Source: the human T2T-CHM13v2.0 reference genome, Homo sapiens. Taken from it: a stretch of 64,000 bases of DNA. The position numbers were made by a program, and so were the translations under genes. The notes beneath the pieces are model-generated. The model saw only the letters and a program-made list of their open reading frames with translations. It had not been told where the DNA came from and made no database searches. Below, piece by piece: positions 60,138-64,000 of this stretch (its first letter is position 1; every line of letters starts with the position of its first letter). The stretch is from assembly GCF_009914755.1 (NCBI RefSeq), contig NC_060937.1. The stretch is one strand, 5' to 3'.

Positions 60138-62380
60138 CTAAAACTAAAGCAGAAATAAAACTGTCTTTGTATCTAGAAGCTCAAATTTAATTCCCACCTC
60201 TTCATATTTCCATCTAAAGCCATCTTAAAATAAGCAGTCATGAACAAAAAAATTCTAACAGTGAAAAACAAAAAGTTGTTGTAGAAATAAAATGAATGCA
60301 TCATCTTTCTGATGAAAAAGAAAACTACATTTTCAAAATCATTGGTTGATCCATTTGGTTGCAACTTATCACCAAGATTATCACCAAACATCTTAATTAA
60401 GGTTTTATTTACTCTTAAGGAAATATAGAGCATTTCAAACAAAGCATCACTTGTGACTGGCACAAGCAGTTCCAGACTGCGAAGCCCTGCCATTAGGTAC
60501 TGCATGACCTCAAGCAAATCACAGGACCTCTGTGGGCCACTGTTTCTTCATCTATAAAAGTGAGGCAGTTGGACAATCTTCAGTCACTTTCAGCACTAAA
60601 GTTCTATAAATCACTAATTCTAAATTTAATTCTGATGGGTCAGTTCAAACTTACATTCAATCTTATGGAAGGAAAAACGTGGAGAGGGAAATACTTAATA
60701 AATTGTTCTGGTCTTTTCTTGGTTCTCTTCTTTTTACCCCCCCTTCTCCCTTCTCCTTGAAACTCCACTTCAGTCTCTATCACGTAAGAAAATACATAAA
60801 CAATATCTATACTACTTTAACTGTACCAGCTTCTTAAATTTAAGAAACCAAATTCCTCTACTTCTCTTTAATAAATAAGATCTTAATTATGCCGCTTATT
60901 TGTGTGCCTCTTGATTTTTCTCTTATGGATCACCACCTTAAAAAAGTTAAAAAAAAAAATAGAAAAGTCTTCATTAGATTTTTCACACAGACCAGACTAG
61001 AAGTAAATACAGCTTTTGCTTACTCAAAGGCTGACTAAACCAGCAATATGCAAACAAAGATGATAGCAAATGGCTCAGCTGAATTGGTAAAATGTCCGCT
61101 GTGTCTTTCTTGTAAGACCGCAAAATTGAGATCTGTTAATATCAACAATCCTTACAAAAGAGTAAGAAATAATAACTGATTGCCTTTGTCTCTTCCCTTT
61201 AATCTGACAGGCCTTCAAGCACTTAGTAAGTGCATAGCAAATTCTCAAAGAACTAGCTAAATATCATTTTGGTCAACAAGAAATGATTTGGCAAGTTTTA
61301 TATCCAAAAACTTTATTTTTTGGAATCACTGCATATTCCAATTTTATCTTCATAAATATGTTTCAGAAATAAAATACTACTGCACTCATCTTTACAGAGC
61401 ACCTAGAACTTTAAGGCACAGTAGGATGTATACTTGCCAGCCAAAATCTCATAACTACAATGACAAGTACTTCAGGAAAAGACTGAGCAATCTTTTCATT
61501 TACAGAAGGTTTTTAATTCAAGGCAGGCAAATTTTAAGAACAGTAATACAAAAGGAAGGCCAATACTCATCACTTTTTCTTTTTACACAAAATTGAAATA
61601 ACTACGTTTCCTTAGAAGACAGCTTTACTTCTAAGGTTGTTACTCAGAACAAGTTTTCAGTGTGAATTATAAAACTTCATTTTTTTCTAATAGTAAATGA
61701 ATCATTCTAGTCTTTCTTCCTCTATTTAATATTCACTTTTACTTGTTATCTAAATAATCTAATATTCATTTTTACTTATTATCTAAATAACAATTCATTT
61801 AAATTTCCATTGGGTTTCCAAAATGAAACATTTAATATAATTTCATTAACTTTAAAAAACAGAGAGGGAGAAAAAAATAAATAAATAACAGTCAATGAGC
61901 AACACCTATGGCTGAGTTGTCCCAAAACTTCACCCTTAGCTAAAATGCCAAAACAAAGCCACTGCCCCTGGATATTTAACATCTATATCACACAGGAATA
62001 ATACGGTTTACTTAACTGTAACTTCAACTACCCCAAAAAATACAATTAGGTTTTTTAAATTAAAATTTGACCTTAGTTTGCTTTGTGGTACTTAAAAACA
62101 AATAAACAAACAAAAAACCTCTTTTATTCTTAAATTACATAGAAAAAAAATCACAAAGACATACAAAATGCTTTAGCAAGAAGATCTAAAACTTTCCAGA
62201 ATTTCAGTGCTTTGTTTCCCCCTAGCAATTAAGTTCAATCAGGCATGTGACTGACCACACACATTTTATCAGAGGGTTAAAGAACACATTCAGCCATGTT
62301 CTTCAACAGGTAAGAACCACCCTCTGTTTATCAGCTCAAGAAAAAGCCAGAAGCAAACATACAAAATTGTAACAAGTTAC

Positions 62381-62490
62381 CTTCAAGTATTCTTTCTCTA
62401 TCGTCTTTTGAGCTTGAAAATAAAAAGCAATCCGACAAGTTTTAGCTGTTAAAATGGCTCCTGTAGATTGGGGAAGTGGTGTCTGTGCTT
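62381..62490 (-). other. ELF1: Probable ELF1 non-coding first exon (TSS end approximate)
   Basis: Donor TTGAAG|GTAACT at 62379-62380 in repeat-free sequence next to an ETS/AP-1/octamer cluster. The join ...GAATACTTGAAG|GCCAAGAAG... agrees with my recollection of the ELF1 mRNA 5' UTR, which I could not verify here. Confidence 0.65.
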
Positions 62491-62620
62491 CAGCTTATGA
62501 GTCATACATGAAACCAAGTGTTTCTAAGGGAGGCACGCCCATGTTGCTGTGGACCCAATTATTCTGCTAGGTCAAACATGCAAATCTGCAGGTAAAAACG
62601 GTATAGGAAAGTGGGGATGA
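62470..62620 (-). promoter_or_regulatory. Candidate CpG-poor ELF1 promoter
   Basis: GGGAAGTGGT (ETS core) 62471-62480, TGAGTCA (AP-1) 62498-62504 within palindromic TATGAGTCATA, octamer ATGCAAAT 62578-62585. Confidence 0.55.
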
Positions 62621-64000
62621 AGAGGCAAGGAGCAAGATCTACCTTGATTAGACCATTACTAAGCTCATATTAATTGCCATAATTTAAAACTAACAATAAA
62701 ATAGAGTAAGAACCTACAAGGGAGCAAAATTAAAAACTATATATTGTTTTAAAATATAAAAATCTCAATTTTTAGAAGTTGCTTTACTATATCAAATAAA
62801 ACTGTGAAAGGAAAAAAGTATGAAAGGGGATGGAAGGGAGATAGCAAACTCTGTGGCTCTTAATGTAACAATGGACTGGTGAGTGTAATCTGGCTACTCA
62901 TTAACCCTCATATGAAAGAGATATATTGCTATGTAGTCTGGAAAGGCTAGCAAACTACAAAGCCAGATGCAGATCTGTAAGTTCACTAAACAGATAAAAT
63001 CCACTAGAAAATTCAAAGTTCAGTGGAAAAATAAGTGTGAATTAAACTGGTTTACAGAATTTTTAAAAACCCACACCCCAATGTTAGGAATTTAAAGTCC
63101 AACAAAGCAAAATGATTTTAAATAAACTGCAAGCTTGATAAAACCCTTTTAAAAAAGTATTGGTACGATCATAGTTCATAACTCTACTACTTCCAAATGA
63201 TAGCTACAGTTTGACTTACCTTTCAAGCAAAATTTTCTACATGTATTTCAAGCCTCTTGTGCCAGGCACCCTGCTACAGCTCCACTGCAATTGTGGCAAG
63301 GCCAACCTAAGGGGACAACTGTGGCCAGTGAAGCTCTGCCTTCCAAGTCAGAATACATCTGACAAAGTGCCCAAGCCACTGAAATATTACTACACCTACT
63401 TATTCTGGCCTCTGGGTGAATACTTATTAATTTATTCTAAGAGCTTAAATTAATCAAAATGGCTTGAAAGCACTAAGTACTTCCAAAGCGCTTGAAATGA
63501 TAAATGCAACTCAATAGATAGCCTTCGTCCTGGTATCTTACAAAAAGTAAATAGGATTTAGCAAGGTTTTCTCCCTTTAGTTAATTAGTTGGGAGTTTAT
63601 TCTGGCTTACCAGAGGCATAGTTGAGAGCACAAGCTGTCACTGACTTAGGAACTTTACAAAATGCTGCAAAACAGCAATGATTGTGAACCAACTTTCTGC
63701 CTGCTGTCTATTTATTCCTTACACTGAAGATTGCTTGGTTTATCCTTTTACTGAAAAATAATCTCCATGGTTTTACAAACTGTTAATTAAAAATTTATTA
63801 AAAAGAAATATAGACCATGTTTTCTCCTGTCAAATGTCATATTTAGCTTACTTTAGTTCACTTACACAAAATGACTATTCAGAGCCCATGCACCAAGAAA
63901 CAAGGTCCGCTGAGCAGTCACGGGAGATTCACTTGTTCCCTGGAAAGTTCCCCCCAGGTAATTTTCCATATCTGAAATTTATTTTAGATAACATGAATGT

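Overview
Primate (human-like) genomic DNA rich in Alu, L1, MIR, MaLR-LTR and DNA-transposon relics. It covers the 5' part of the ETS transcription factor gene ELF1 on the minus strand. Three exons are visible: a probable non-coding first exon (about 62381-62490), the 300-nt exon holding the start codon (25135-25434; MAAVVQQNDLVFEFASNVMEDERQ), and the next coding exon (1979-2159; acidic activation region with the LACVE/LxCxE Rb-binding motif). The first intron holds a processed RGS17 pseudogene, sense to ELF1, with stops, a frameshift and a missing C-terminus. Most ORF-track entries are Alu/L1 translation artefacts. I see no clear new multi-gene system. The best leads are a three-copy, two-state hairpin at about 13.7 kb, stacked uORFs around the ELF1 start codon, a possibly much longer RGS17 retrocopy with an intronic poly(A) signal, a polyadenylated retrocopy inserted into an MSTA LTR, ISRE/GAS/ETS/RUNX/AP-1/octamer motif clusters, and several locally templated duplications. 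Repeat boundaries and subfamily names are by eye and approximate.
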